A stretch of DNA of 64,000 bases from Escherichia coli (GTDB lineage Bacteria; Pseudomonadota; Gammaproteobacteria; Enterobacterales; Enterobacteriaceae), in assembly GCF_024502345.1 (NCBI RefSeq), contig NZ_JALDNN010000001.1, one strand, 5' to 3'. Below are positions 36,815-49,485 of this stretch, in pieces. A model generated the notes under the pieces. That model saw nothing but the letters and a program-made list of their open reading frames with translations, ran no database searches and was not told the DNA's origin. How positions within the stretch are numbered: the stretch's first letter is position 1; every line of letters begins with the position of its first letter. Position numbers and translations under genes: made by a program.

Positions 36815-39259
36815 TTACACCTTTTCAACCTGAACAAGGTTTGTATGTGACGGATTCCCCTTAGCGAGAGGAGACGGACGTTGAGTGGTCAGTACGTTGA
36901 TACAACCGCCCTTATCGACACGTTTTGTATCCGGGTCATACCAGGCACCTTCACCCAGTGCGACCACACCCGGCATCATTCGTGGCGTCACTTTCGCCTC
37001 AATATGAACCTCACCACGATCGTTAAAGATCCTGACTTTATCGCCGTTGTTGATACCGCGTTTTTGCGCATCAAGCGGGTTGATCCACATTTCCTGACGG
37101 CAAGCTGCTTTCAGCACATCAACGTTGCCGTAAGTTGAGTGAACGCGAGATTTATAGTGGAAACCCGTAAGCTGCAGCGGATACTGTTTGTTCAGCGGAT
37201 CCTGATAACTTTCAAAGCCCGGCGTGTAGATCGGCAGTGGATCGATCACATCGCCTTCTGGCAATTCCCAGGTAGCGGCAATGTCAGCCAGCGCCTGCGA
37301 ATAAATCTCAATTTTACCCGATGGCGTGGTCAGTGGATTTGCCTGAGGATCTTCACGGAAAGCTTTATAAGCAACGTGGTGCCCTTGTGGGTCGCGCTTT
37401 TTAAAGATCCCCTGCTTGCGGAACTCTTCAAACGTTGGCAGTTCAGGAATCGCTTCCCGCGACTGGGCATACAGATGCCGCATCCACTCTTCCTGTGTAC
37501 GGCCTTCAGTAAACTGTTGCTCAACGCCAAGACGTTTTGCCAGTTCGCTGGTCATTTCATAGATGGTCTTACATTCAAAGCGCGGTTTAATCACCTGATC
37601 GTTGAAAATCACGTAAGACATATTCCCGCAGGATGCATCCAGTGCAAAGTCCATCTGTTCGGAAGCGGTGCAGTCAGGCAGCAGGATGTCAGCATATTTC
37701 GCCGATGAGGTCATGTGGCAGTCGATAACCACAATCAGCTCGCACTTCTTATCATCCTGAAGGATTTCATGGGTACGGTTGATTTCAGAATGCTGGTTAA
37801 TCAGGCAGTTACCGGCATAGTTCCAGATCATTTTGATCGGCACATCCAGCTTATCTTTCCCGCGTACACCATCACGCAGCGCCGTCATTTCCGGGCCACG
37901 TTCAATGGCATCGGTCCACATAAACATCGAAATGCTGGTCTGGATCGGGTTTTCCAAGGTCGGCATACGGACAAACGGTAAGCTGTATGAACCTTCACGC
38001 GCGCCGCTGTTGCCTCCGTTAATACCAACGTTACCGGTCAGAATCGCCAGCATCGAGATAGCACGGGTTGCGATTTCACCGTTAGCGTGACGCTGCGGGC
38101 CCCATCCCTGGCTGATAAACGCCGGTTTGGTACTGCCGATTTCACGAGCCAGTTTGATGATTTTGTCTGCCGGAACACCGGTGATTTGTGAGGCCCATTC
38201 CGGTGTTTTAGCCACGCCATCTGGCCCTTCACCCAGAATATAAGCTTTATAGTGGCCATTTTTCGGCGCACTGGCTGGCAGGGTTTTCTCATCGTAGCCA
38301 ACGCAATATTTATCGAGGAATGCCTGATCCACCAGGTTTTCAGTGATCATGACGTACGCCAGACCGTTAACCAGTGCGGCATCTGTTCCCGGACGAATAG
38401 GGATCCACTCATCTTCGCGCCCGGCACCGGTGTCGGTATAGCGCGGATCGATGATGATCATGCGGGCATTAGATTTCTGGCGTGCCTGTTCAAGATAGTA
38501 AGTCACCCCACCGCCACTCATTCGCGTTTCGCCAGGGTTATTACCAAACAGCACTACCAGCTTACTGTTTTCGATATCCGACGGGCTGTTGCCATCTGCC
38601 CAGCCGCCGTAGGTATAGTTCAAACCTTCCGCAATTTGCGCGGAGGAGTAGTCGCCGTAATGGTTCAGATAGCCGCCGCAGCAGTTCATCAGCCGCGCGA
38701 CCAGGGTATTTCCCGGCGGCCAGGAGCGGGTCATGGTGCCGCCCAGCGTACCGGTGCCATAGTTCAGATAGATAGACTCGTTGCCGTACTCTTTGATCAG
38801 GCGCTGCATATTGGTCGCGATGATGTCGTAGGCTTCTTCCCAGCTAATGCGCTCGAATTTGCCTTCACCACGCGCCCCGACTCGTTTCATCGGATATTTC
38901 AGGCGGTCCGGATTGTAGACACGGCGACGCATGGAACGCCCACGCAGGCAGGCGCGAACCTGGTGCAGGCCGTCGTAATTGTCATCGCCGGTATTGTCCG
39001 TTTCGACATATTTGATTTCACCGTCCACGACGTGCATACGTAGCGGGCAGCGACTACCACAGTTAACTGTACAGGCGCTCCAGATAACCTTTTCGTCTGA
39101 TTTTGTTGGAATGGCGCTATCGACAGCGTGCGCAATCCGACTAAAAGGTAATGTTAATGCGCTGCTGGCCATTGCCAGGCCGCCGATCGCTGTCGTTTTT
39201 ACCAAACCACGGCGACTCACCTCAGCAGCCAATACCGCATCAGGGATTTTCGTTTTCAT
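36815..39259 (-). CDS. dmsA: DMSO reductase catalytic molybdopterin subunit, with Tat signal peptide
   Basis: ORF track, 814 aa; twin-arginine motif SRRGLVKTTAIGG in the N-terminus. Confidence 0.95.
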   Translation of the reverse strand: MKTKIPDAVLAAEVSRRGLVKTTAIGGLAMASSALTLPFSRIAHAVDSAIPTKSDEKVIWSACTVNCGSRCPLRMHVVDGEIKYVETDNTGDDNYDGLHQVRACLRGRSMRRRVYNPDRLKYPMKRVGARGEGKFERISWEEAYDIIATNMQRLIKEYGNESIYLNYGTGTLGGTMTRSWPPGNTLVARLMNCCGGYLNHYGDYSSAQIAEGLNYTYGGWADGNSPSDIENSKLVVLFGNNPGETRMSGGGVTYYLEQARQKSNARMIIIDPRYTDTGAGREDEWIPIRPGTDAALVNGLAYVMITENLVDQAFLDKYCVGYDEKTLPASAPKNGHYKAYILGEGPDGVAKTPEWASQITGVPADKIIKLAREIGSTKPAFISQGWGPQRHANGEIATRAISMLAILTGNVGINGGNSGAREGSYSLPFVRMPTLENPIQTSISMFMWTDAIERGPEMTALRDGVRGKDKLDVPIKMIWNYAGNCLINQHSEINRTHEILQDDKKCELIVVIDCHMTSSAKYADILLPDCTASEQMDFALDASCGNMSYVIFNDQVIKPRFECKTIYEMTSELAKRLGVEQQFTEGRTQEEWMRHLYAQSREAIPELPTFEEFRKQGIFKKRDPQGHHVAYKAFREDPQANPLTTPSGKIEIYSQALADIAATWELPEGDVIDPLPIYTPGFESYQDPLNKQYPLQLTGFHYKSRVHSTYGNVDVLKAACRQEMWINPLDAQKRGINNGDKVRIFNDRGEVHIEAKVTPRMMPGVVALGEGAWYDPDTKRVDKGGCINVLTTQRPSPLAKGNPSHTNLVQVEKV

Positions 39260-39429
39260 AATGGCTCACTCAAGCTTGCTCACGATTGATTCCAGTAACA
39301 AACCGTATTGTGTAATTATTTCTATAGCAGCTCGCTATATAGGCTTGTATACATCGAATAATTTGAAAATCAAAGAGATAGGTAGATTTTCACTCGAAAG
39401 TAGTATTACGTGTAAGTGAGGAGTAATTA

Positions 39430-39443
39430 TTGTTCGGTATCAA
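39430..39443 (-). promoter_or_regulatory. FNR binding site of the dmsABC promoter
   Basis: Minus-strand TTGATaccgAACAA matches the FNR consensus with one mismatched half-site position, about 170-185 bp upstream of the dmsA start codon. Confidence 0.65.
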
Positions 39444-39451
39444 AGGGAGAC

Positions 39452-39478
39452 AAAAAAAGCGCCCGTAGGCGCTTTTTA
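39452..39478 (-). terminator. Rho-independent terminator downstream of serS
   Basis: Minus-strand AAGCGCC-tacg-GGCGCTT followed by seven T. Confidence 0.75.
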
Positions 39479-39497
39479 GATTCAGAAAAATTGGGTA

Positions 39498-40811
<1,314 letters not shown>

Positions 40812-40880
40812 TTAAATGGGAGATGTGGCCACAGCCTGCGACCACAGGGATACAGTAACAACATTACCGCAACGATAACA

Positions 40881-42224
40881 TTAACGGTAGCGTTTTATGG
40901 GGCTATTTTGATCCTGTTCAGCCAGCCAGGCGAGCTTTTCGCCAATCTTGCCTTCAAGGCCCCTGTTTGTCGGGAAATAATAGCGTGTTTGTGCTATTTC
41001 CGGCGGGAAGTAAACCTCACCGGCAGCATAAGCGTTTGCTTCATCATGAGCGTAACGATATTCCTGCCCGTAGCCCATTTCCTTCATTAATTTCGTCGGC
41101 GCATTACGCAAATGAACCGGCACGTCATAATCCGGACGTTCGCGAGCATCCGCCAGCGCAGCTTTAAACGCAGTGTAGACAGCGTTGCTTTTTGGCGCGC
41201 AGGCCAGGTAAACAATCGCCTGAGCAATGGCGCGTTCACCTTCCGCCGGGCCAACGCGAGTAAAGCAATCCCAGGCCGCAATTGCCACCTGCATCGCCCG
41301 TGGGTCGGCATTGCCGACATCTTCGGAAGCAATTGCCAGGCAACGACGCGCGACATATAACGGATCGCCACCGGCGGTAATAATTCGCGCATACCAGTAG
41401 AGCGCCGCATCGGGTGCGCTACCACGTACCGACTTATGCAGTGCGGAAATGAGATCGTAAAAGCGATCGCCTTTGTTATCAAAGCGGGCGCTTCGCTCAC
41501 CGGCGATTTCGGTCAATAATTCAGGCTTCAGGACCCGCTTACCGCTATCATTGACTTCGGCCATATCCGCCATCATTTCCAGCGTATTTAACGCCCGGCG
41601 CGCGTCGCCATTCACCAGTTCAGCAATGGCGCGTCGTGTTTCATCTGGCAGAACAATATCCTGACCACCATAGCCACGGGTTTTGTCTTCCATCGCCTGA
41701 GTTAGTACTTGCTCAATATCCTCTGTACTCAGGGATTTCAACAGATAGACACGGGCACGGGAAAGCAGTGCCGAATTAAGCTCAAACGACGGGTTTTCAG
41801 TGGTTGCGCCAATAAAAGTGATGGTGCCGTCTTCAATATGTGGCAGAAATGCATCCTGCTGGCTTTTGTTGAAACGGTGAACTTCGTCAACAAAAAGAAT
41901 AGTGCGGCGACCTGCATTGCGGTTTTGCCGGGCGCGCTCGATCGCCTCGCGAATCTCTTTCACGCCAGAGGTGACGGCAGAAATACGTTCCACATCAGCG
42001 TTCGCATAGCGGGCAATCACTTCAGCGAGAGTTGTTTTGCCGGTACCCGGTGGCCCCCAGAGGATCATAGAATGCAGATGCCCGGCTTCGATAGCGCGCG
42101 GCAACGGCTTCCCCGCAGCCAGCAAATGTTGCTGGCCGATATACTGTGCTAAATTTTCTGGCCGCATACGCGCGGCCAGAGGTTGAAAAGTATTATCCGA
42201 AAAATCGAGCGACAGATTGCTCAC
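40881..42224 (-). CDS. rarA: Replication-associated recombination protein A (AAA+ ATPase, MgsA/YcaJ)
   Basis: ORF track, 447 aa; Walker [10 protein letters not shown]. Confidence 0.95.
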   Translation of the reverse strand: MSNLSLDFSDNTFQPLAARMRPENLAQYIGQQHLLAAGKPLPRAIEAGHLHSMILWGPPGTGKTTLAEVIARYANADVERISAVTSGVKEIREAIERARQNRNAGRRTILFVDEVHRFNKSQQDAFLPHIEDGTITFIGATTENPSFELNSALLSRARVYLLKSLSTEDIEQVLTQAMEDKTRGYGGQDIVLPDETRRAIAELVNGDARRALNTLEMMADMAEVNDSGKRVLKPELLTEIAGERSARFDNKGDRFYDLISALHKSVRGSAPDAALYWYARIITAGGDPLYVARRCLAIASEDVGNADPRAMQVAIAAWDCFTRVGPAEGERAIAQAIVYLACAPKSNAVYTAFKAALADARERPDYDVPVHLRNAPTKLMKEMGYGQEYRYAHDEANAYAAGEVYFPPEIAQTRYYFPTNRGLEGKIGEKLAWLAEQDQNSPIKRYR

Positions 42225-42234
42225 TCAGGTGCCT

Positions 42235-42846
42235 CTACTTACGTTGATCATCTACCGTGACGCCTTGCGGCGGGGTGAAGGTAAATTTCGCTGCATCCAC
42301 AGCCCCATTTTGCTGGGATTTCAGTTGATAACTGCTGCGCTGATCGTCCTGCTCCACCGCGCTAAACTGATGGATTGTGCCATCACGTCCCACGTTAATG
42401 GTGAACTGCTTCAGATTGCCATTGCTGGCTTTCGGCGTCAGGACAAAGTCATCGCCATTCTGTTTGATATTGTACTGCTGCCAGTCGCTGGACTGGTTGC
42501 GGGCAATCAGCATAAACGGCGTATTACCGGTGGCATCTTTCAGCCAGGTTGCCGTAGCTTGCTCAACGAACGGGTTATAGAACCACAGTGTTTTACCGTC
42601 AGAAACCAGAATGCTTTCATCAGGTTGTGTCATATGCCAGTTGAATAAGTTTGGACGTTTCACCCACAGATCGCCCTGACCTTCCTGCACCGCCGCGCCG
42701 CTACCGTCAGTCACTTTTTGTGTGAAGCTGGCGTGGAAGCTGCTGACTTTATCCAGGCGGCTTTTCAGATCGCTTGCGGCATCAGCCCAAACGCTGCTTG
42801 CTACTAAGCTTGAGAGTAATGCACAGGTGATGGCAATTTTTTTCAT
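42235..42846 (-). CDS. lolA: Periplasmic lipoprotein chaperone LolA
   Basis: ORF track 42235..42849; second ATG at 42846 gives [21 protein letters not shown]... (203 aa). Confidence 0.93.
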
Positions 42847-42958
42847 CATTATTCCTCAAATTACGTCACTCCCGATCGGGAGTTCCCTCTACTCTCTATT
42901 CCAGGCTAATAATCAGCTTGAGGAAAGAAGAAAATACTGAATTTTCAGTTGATAGAGT

Positions 42959-42990
42959 GCCGGATGCGACGCTACCGCGCCTTATCCGGC
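42959..42990. repeat. REP (repetitive extragenic palindromic) element between ftsK and lolA
   Basis: GCCGGATGCGACGCTACCGCGCCTTATCCGGC closely resembles the E. coli REP consensus (GCCGGATGCG ... GCCTTATCCGGC). Confidence 0.7.
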
Positions 42991-43000
42991 AATGCATTAA

Positions 43001-46000
43001 TTAGTCAAACGGCGGTGGGGCCAGCACTTCACGATTACCGTTGTGCCCCTGTTCGCTGACAATCCCCTGCGCTTCCATCTGTTCGATAATACGCGCTGCA
43101 CGGTTATAACCAATGCGGAACTGACGCTGTACGCCAGAAATTGACGCTTTGCGTTTTTCAGTGACAAACTGCACCGCCTGATCGAACAACGGATCCAGTT
43201 CTTCAGCGCCATCGAAACCGCCCGCGCCACCTTCGCTTTCACTGTCGGAAGTGATGCCATCAACATACTGTGGGCGACCACGCGCTTTCCAGTCCTGCAC
43301 CACGGCATGAACTTCCTGATCGCGAACAAAAGCACCATGGACACGTACCGGCAACGTGGAGTTCGGCCCAGAGTAGAGCATATCCCCCATCCCCAGCAGT
43401 GATTCCGCGCCAGCCTGATCAAGAATGGTACGTGAGTCAATCTTACTGGATACGGTAAAGGCGATACGGGTCGGAATATTCGCTTTAATCAGACCAGTAA
43501 TAACATCAACCGATGGACGCTGAGTTGCCAGTACGAGGTGGATACCCGCGGCACGGGCTTTTTGCGCCAGACGTGCTATCAGCTCTTCCACTTTTTTACC
43601 TACCGTCATCATCAGGTCGGCAAATTCGTCAACCAACACCACAATGTATGGTTCTTTTTTCAGCACCGGATGCTGGGCATCCATACTGTCACCCGGCTTC
43701 CAGTACGGGTCTGGAATCGGACGCATCATGCGATCGGCTTCAGCAATTTTTTCGTTATAACCCGCCAGATTACGCACACCCAGCGCAGACATCAGTTTAT
43801 AACGACGCTCCATCTCGTTAACACACCAGCGCAGCGCGTTGGCGGCATCTTTCATATCAGTAACGACTTCCGTTAACAGATGCGGAATGCCTTCATAAAC
43901 CGAAAGCTCCAGCATTTTCGGGTCGATCATGATGAAACGCACATCTTCTGGCTGTGCTTTATAAAGCATGCTCAGGATCATCGCGTTCACACCGACAGAT
44001 TTACCGGAACCGGTAGTCCCCGCAACCAACAAGTGCGGCATTTTCGCCAGATCGGCAACCACCGGCTCACCGGCGATATCTTTACCCAGCACCACGGTTA
44101 ATGGCGACGGATTATCGCGGAATTTGGCGTTATCCAAAACTTCGCGCAGATAAACGGTTTGTCGTTTTTTATTTGGTAACTCCAGACCTACATAGGGTTT
44201 GCCAGGAATAACTTCAACGACACGCACCGCCACCGTCGAAAGTGAACGGGCAAGGTCCCGTGACAAGTTAGAAATGCGCGCCGCTTTTACGCCAGGAGCC
44301 AGGTTAAGTTCAAAGCGAGTGATAACCGGCCCCGGAGAGTAATTGACGACATCGGCTTTAATACGGAAATCAGCCAGACGCGCTTCCACCAGGCGAGCCA
44401 TTTGTTCAAGCGCAAAGGTATCTACCGGCTCCACTTCGCTCGGCGGCGGTGTCAGCAAATCCAGAGAAGGCAGCGGCGTCGTCGGTTTATGCAACGGACG
44501 GCTGTCGCCATTACGCATCAACAGCGGATGAAGCAGGGTATCCTGCGGCTGTGGCGCAACTGGCTGTTGTGGCTGCTGATACTGCGGCTGCGGCGCAACC
44601 GGTTGTTGCGGCTGTTGATACTGCGGCTGCGGCGCAACTGGTTGTTGCGGCTGCTGATACTGCGGCTGCGGCGCAACCGGCTGTTGCGGCTGCTGATATT
44701 GCTGCTGTGGCGCAACCGGCTGTTGTGGCTGTTGATATTGTGGCTGCGGCGCAACCTGCTGTTGTGGCTGCTGATACTGCGGCTGCGGCGCAACCTGCTG
44801 TTGTGGCTGCTGATACTGCGGCTGCGGCGCAACCGGCTGTTGCGGCTGCTGATATTGCTGCTGTGGCGCAACCGGCTGTTGTGGCTGCTGATACTGCTGC
44901 TGCGGTGCAACCGGTTGTTGCGGCTGCTGTACAGGTTCAACAATTGGCGTAAACAACGGTTCGTGTGGACCATCATCCAGCAACGCTTTCATTGGCGAAA
45001 ATTCAAAATCATCCAGCGAGAACGGATTCGCCCCAGCCGGTTGTTCGCCGGAATAACGTTGTTGTTGAGTTTGCGCAAACTGACGAGCCAGTTCAGCCTC
45101 TGCCGCAGCATCTGCATCTTCTGCGTTTACGGGCACATCATGTTGATACTGTTCGCCATAGCGTTGCTGCTGTGTCTGGGCGAACTGACGTGCCAGTTCA
45201 TCCTGCTGCATCGCATCGATTTCATCATCGTTATACTGATCGCCAGAATCATACTGATTGCGCTGGGCTTCACGGGCTTTCTCTTCCGCCGCACGCTGTG
45301 AGGGCAGCTTAATACCGTAAGACGCCAGTTCACGACGAGTTGGCACGCGGATACGTTTCGGTCGTGGCAACTGCGGGCCAATCCCCTCTTTGACTTGCGG
45401 ACGCGGTCCACCGCTATTTGCCAGACTGAAGACTGGCGCGGCAACGGTTGCGGCAGCCCCCGTCGCCAGTGTCGCTTTTTTCACGCCAGATGCCAGCGGA
45501 GAAACAGCGGCAGCGGCTTCTACTGGAGGTACTGCTGCAACAGAAGGCGCTTTCAACGAAGATTTGATCGGTTCTGGTTCTTTAACCGGTTCTGGAATCG
45601 GTTGATACCAGGCCGCAAGTTGTTCACGTTCACGGGCTCGCTTCTCTTCCACTTCTTCAAAATAGTAAAGCGGCGGACGCGCGGGTTTTGTCTCTTCTAC
45701 AACGGGTTCAGGCTCCACAACAGGCTGCTGTTCAACGGGTTGCGGCTGTTGGTACAACGGCTCCTGAGCGGCTGGCTGCTGATAAGTTTGCTCAGTCTGG
45801 TATGTAGACTGTGGAGCAAAAGTGGATTGCTGCTCTTCGGCTTGCCAGGCGTTACCTGCCACCGGTTGTTCTGGCGCAGGGGCATAATACGGCTGTTGCG
45901 CAGGCTGTTCCGGCGCAGTTGCATAATACGGTTGCTGAACAGGTTGTTCCGCCGCAGGAGCGTAGTAAGGTTGTTGCGCAGGTTGTTCAGCTGCAGGTGC

Positions 46001-47224
46001 ATAATACGGCTGCTGTGGCTGTACTGGTTGTTGCAGCGGCTCATTATATTGCACTGCAGGCTGCGCATATTGTGGCTGCTGTGGGTAACCTTCCGGTGCA
46101 GGAGCAATAACCGGCTCTCCCGTTTGTGGACCCGGTACAGGCTGCCAGGCTACTGTAGGTTGCGAAGGTGGAACATCAACAGAGGCAACAGGCGGCGTCT
46201 GAGTCACAGGTTCAACCGGCGCAGCCCAGCTTTGTGTCGCCGTGGTAGCAGCAGCTGCTACAGCGACAGGTTCGGTAATTGGCGCACCGTTTAATAATGG
46301 ATCGTATTCGTCATATTCTGGCTGCGTTGCACGATTGCCCGAAAATAGGACGTCGTCAGGGTCGGCAGCCACACCGCGTGCAGTGTAGGTAATCTCTTCG
46401 TCATCATCCATCCGCTTACCGGAGAACAACGCAGCGTCTGTTTGCCGCCCCATCGGATTAATGAATTTTTCCGCCAACCGTTTACGACGCGCTAGCGCGC
46501 CGCGAAGAATACGAGCACGGCGTGATTCATGCTGTTTGCCGTGGTTTTCATCTTCATACTCTTCGTCATCTTCATATTCATCTTCATCGACCCAGGTATC
46601 ATCGCGACGGGTACGATTACTGGCGAAGGTGAGAATGTTTAAAATCCAGCCGCCGAGTTTTTCAGCAATGGTCACCCATGACCAACCGGTGAACAGCGTC
46701 AGGCCCGCTGCCCAAACGCAGAGCAGCGCAATAGTTCCCCCGCTACTGTGTAGCAGTGGTTGTAGCGTAGTACTTAGTAAGCTGCCAATGACGCCACCGG
46801 AGGCAAAATACCAGATATCGTCAGCGTTGATTGCCGCCAGACCACAGGAGGTAAGGATGAGCGCCAAAACGCCAATGATGCGTAGCGAAACGGCAAAATA
46901 ATCAATGTATTCGTCGCTGGACTGATGACGCCAGGCAAACCAACAACCGCCGACAATAATGACGGGAATGGTGTAAGCCATCACGCCAAAAATAAAGAAC
47001 AGCGTATCTGCCAGCCACGCACCGGGCATCCCACCTAAATTATGGATAGGTTCATGCCAGGCCGTTTGCGACCAGCTGGGGTCCGAAGGGTTAAAGCTTA
47101 GTAAGGCAGCCATCAACCAGACGGCAAACAGGACAATAAGGATCAGCAACGCTTCCAGAAGGCGACGGCCGCTACTTAACTTTGTCAATGTGACTTCTTT
47201 GTCTTCAGTGTATTCCTGGCTCAA
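43001..47224 (-). CDS. ftsK: DNA translocase FtsK, with expanded low-complexity linker (1407 aa)
   Basis: ORF track, 1407 aa; N-terminal membrane domain, PQ-rich linker with two tandem-repeat arrays, C-terminal motor (Walker A GTTGSGKS). Confidence 0.95.
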   Translation of the reverse strand: MSQEYTEDKEVTLTKLSSGRRLLEALLILIVLFAVWLMAALLSFNPSDPSWSQTAWHEPIHNLGGMPGAWLADTLFFIFGVMAYTIPVIIVGGCWFAWRHQSSDEYIDYFAVSLRIIGVLALILTSCGLAAINADDIWYFASGGVIGSLLSTTLQPLLHSSGGTIALLCVWAAGLTLFTGWSWVTIAEKLGGWILNILTFASNRTRRDDTWVDEDEYEDDEEYEDENHGKQHESRRARILRGALARRKRLAEKFINPMGRQTDAALFSGKRMDDDEEITYTARGVAADPDDVLFSGNRATQPEYDEYDPLLNGAPITEPVAVAAAATTATQSWAAPVEPVTQTPPVASVDVPPSQPTVAWQPVPGPQTGEPVIAPAPEGYPQQPQYAQPAVQYNEPLQQPVQPQQPYYAPAAEQPAQQPYYAPAAEQPVQQPYYATAPEQPAQQPYYAPAPEQPVAGNAWQAEEQQSTFAPQSTYQTEQTYQQPAAQEPLYQQPQPVEQQPVVEPEPVVEETKPARPPLYYFEEVEEKRAREREQLAAWYQPIPEPVKEPEPIKSSLKAPSVAAVPPVEAAAAVSPLASGVKKATLATGAAATVAAPVFSLANSGGPRPQVKEGIGPQLPRPKRIRVPTRRELASYGIKLPSQRAAEEKAREAQRNQYDSGDQYNDDEIDAMQQDELARQFAQTQQQRYGEQYQHDVPVNAEDADAAAEAELARQFAQTQQQRYSGEQPAGANPFSLDDFEFSPMKALLDDGPHEPLFTPIVEPVQQPQQPVAPQQQYQQPQQPVAPQQQYQQPQQPVAPQPQYQQPQQQVAPQPQYQQPQQQVAPQPQYQQPQQPVAPQQQYQQPQQPVAPQPQYQQPQQPVAPQPQYQQPQQPVAPQPQYQQPQQPVAPQPQDTLLHPLLMRNGDSRPLHKPTTPLPSLDLLTPPPSEVEPVDTFALEQMARLVEARLADFRIKADVVNYSPGPVITRFELNLAPGVKAARISNLSRDLARSLSTVAVRVVEVIPGKPYVGLELPNKKRQTVYLREVLDNAKFRDNPSPLTVVLGKDIAGEPVVADLAKMPHLLVAGTTGSGKSVGVNAMILSMLYKAQPEDVRFIMIDPKMLELSVYEGIPHLLTEVVTDMKDAANALRWCVNEMERRYKLMSALGVRNLAGYNEKIAEADRMMRPIPDPYWKPGDSMDAQHPVLKKEPYIVVLVDEFADLMMTVGKKVEELIARLAQKARAAGIHLVLATQRPSVDVITGLIKANIPTRIAFTVSSKIDSRTILDQAGAESLLGMGDMLYSGPNSTLPVRVHGAFVRDQEVHAVVQDWKARGRPQYVDGITSDSESEGGAGGFDGAEELDPLFDQAVQFVTEKRKASISGVQRQFRIGYNRAARIIEQMEAQGIVSEQGHNGNREVLAPPPFD
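44544..44930 (-). repeat. ftsK: Tandem 39-bp repeat array A in the ftsK linker (about 10 units, in-frame)
   Basis: Plus-strand unit ctgcggctg(c/t)ggcgcaac(c/t)gg(c/t)tgttg(c/t)ggctg(c/t)tgata repeated head-to-tail; encodes QQPQQ(P/Q)VAPQ(P/Q)QY. Confidence 0.85.
45867..46030 (-). repeat. ftsK: Tandem 39-bp repeat array B in the ftsK linker (about 4 units, in-frame)
   Basis: Encodes EQP(A/V)QQPYYA(P/T)A(A/P) four times; plus-strand unit gg(c/a)gcagg(g/t)gcataatacgg(c/t)tg(t/c)tg repeated. Confidence 0.8.
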
Positions 47225-47300
47225 GAAAGGCTCTCCAGGTTACAGGCTTTTCCTGCCCGATGCTAAAACGGACAACAGTACCAGGTTACCCCAGTACTGT

Positions 47301-47320
47301 TGCTGTATGGATTAACAGGA
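47301..47320 (-). promoter_or_regulatory. LexA (SOS) box upstream of ftsK (dinH promoter)
   Basis: CTGT-atggatta-ACAG (47303..47318) fits the CTGT-N8-ACAG SOS-box consensus, about 80-95 bp upstream of the ftsK ATG. Confidence 0.7.
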
Positions 47321-47358
47321 GTGTAATCAAAATACGCCGATTTTGCACCTGTTCCGTG

Positions 47359-47853
47359 TTAGCGCGTCTTAATAACCAGACGATTACTCTGCTTGACTTC
47401 TTCCATAACAACGTATGTCCGTGTGTCATTGACGCCAGGCAGACGCAGCAGGGTTTCCCCCAGCAACTTACGGTAAGCTGACATATCCGGCACGCGTGTT
47501 TTCAACAGGTAGTCGAAATCACCAGATACTAAATGACACTCCTGAATTTCTTCAAGTTTTTGTACAGCGGTATTGAATTGTTCAAACACATCCGGTGCGC
47601 CACGATTCAGAGTAATCTCAACGAATACCAGAAGTGATGCATCCAGATAATGGGGGTTAAGCAGCGCCGTATAGCCCTGAATAAACCCTTGTCTTTCCAG
47701 CCGACGCACACGCTCAAGGCACGGCGTTGGGGAAAGTCCCACACGTTTAGAAAGCTCGACGTTAGAAATACGCCCATCCTTTTGCAACTCATTAAGAATG
47801 TTACGATCGATACGGTCGAGATCTTTGCCAGGGCGCTTCTTGCTATCTACCAT
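47359..47853 (-). CDS. lrp: Leucine-responsive regulatory protein
   Basis: ORF track 47359..47907. ATG at 47853 gives MVDSKKRPGKDLDRIDRNIL... (164 aa). Confidence 0.97.
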   Translation of the reverse strand: MVDSKKRPGKDLDRIDRNILNELQKDGRISNVELSKRVGLSPTPCLERVRRLERQGFIQGYTALLNPHYLDASLLVFVEITLNRGAPDVFEQFNTAVQKLEEIQECHLVSGDFDYLLKTRVPDMSAYRKLLGETLLRLPGVNDTRTYVVMEEVKQSNRLVIKTR

Positions 47854-48301
47854 TATTATTGTCTCTCTGTATTCCTTCCCTACTCCTGTCTGACCCTGAA
47901 ACATCACTGTTCAGAGTCGCTACCCGTCACGATAGACCGAAATCATGAAGATTCACGGCGCGCAATGCCTGGGTCTACGGTGAGAAGACCGTTGCCTTGT
48001 GGCAGCTATCGACATCACGAATGGCGTCTGTCCACGCCATACGTAGATTTCACTAGCACGGTAAACATGGTATTTACATGCATGGTTATGCGCATATAAG
48101 AATACTGTTTTTTTTCTTCCTCGAATGTTTTCGCAAAACACCAGGGGATTGTCAAAGCAAAACATCGATTTTTAGTACAACATGCCAGATATTCATTAAC
48201 AGGGGCGTTTATTCATCATTTAATCGGCTTATAAAGCGGGAAATTTAAGTAGCAGAGGTGATAATGACGGGAGAATTTGACCTGCTTATCGATGCTGCTG
48301 A

Positions 48302-49363
<1,062 letters not shown>

Positions 49364-49391
49364 TTTTACAAATCAGTAACAAAAGTAAAGA

Positions 49392-49429
49392 AGGCGACAC
49401 CATGCGACTATGGGTCGCCTTTATTTTTT
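49392..49429 (+). terminator. Rho-independent terminator downstream of trxB
   Basis: AGGCGAC ... GTCGCCT stem followed by TTATTTTTT. Confidence 0.65.
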
Positions 49430-49485
49430 CCCCGTTGTAACATTGCTCTGCAAATAATTCTGATAACTCACCTGCTAAGCGTGCA

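Noticed and set aside
44544-44930. Possible CRISPR array, because of the regular short repeats
   Set aside because: The units are directly abutting with no unique spacers, are in-frame coding sequence of ftsK, and there are no cas genes in the window.
44402-46294. Several 150-300 aa ORFs on both strands inside the ftsK linker (44402..45301 +, 44518..44976 -, 45395..46294 +)
   Set aside because: They are alternative-frame and antisense readings of the PQ-rich 39-bp repeats (poly-Leu/Arg or poly-Ser/Arg translations), not independent genes.
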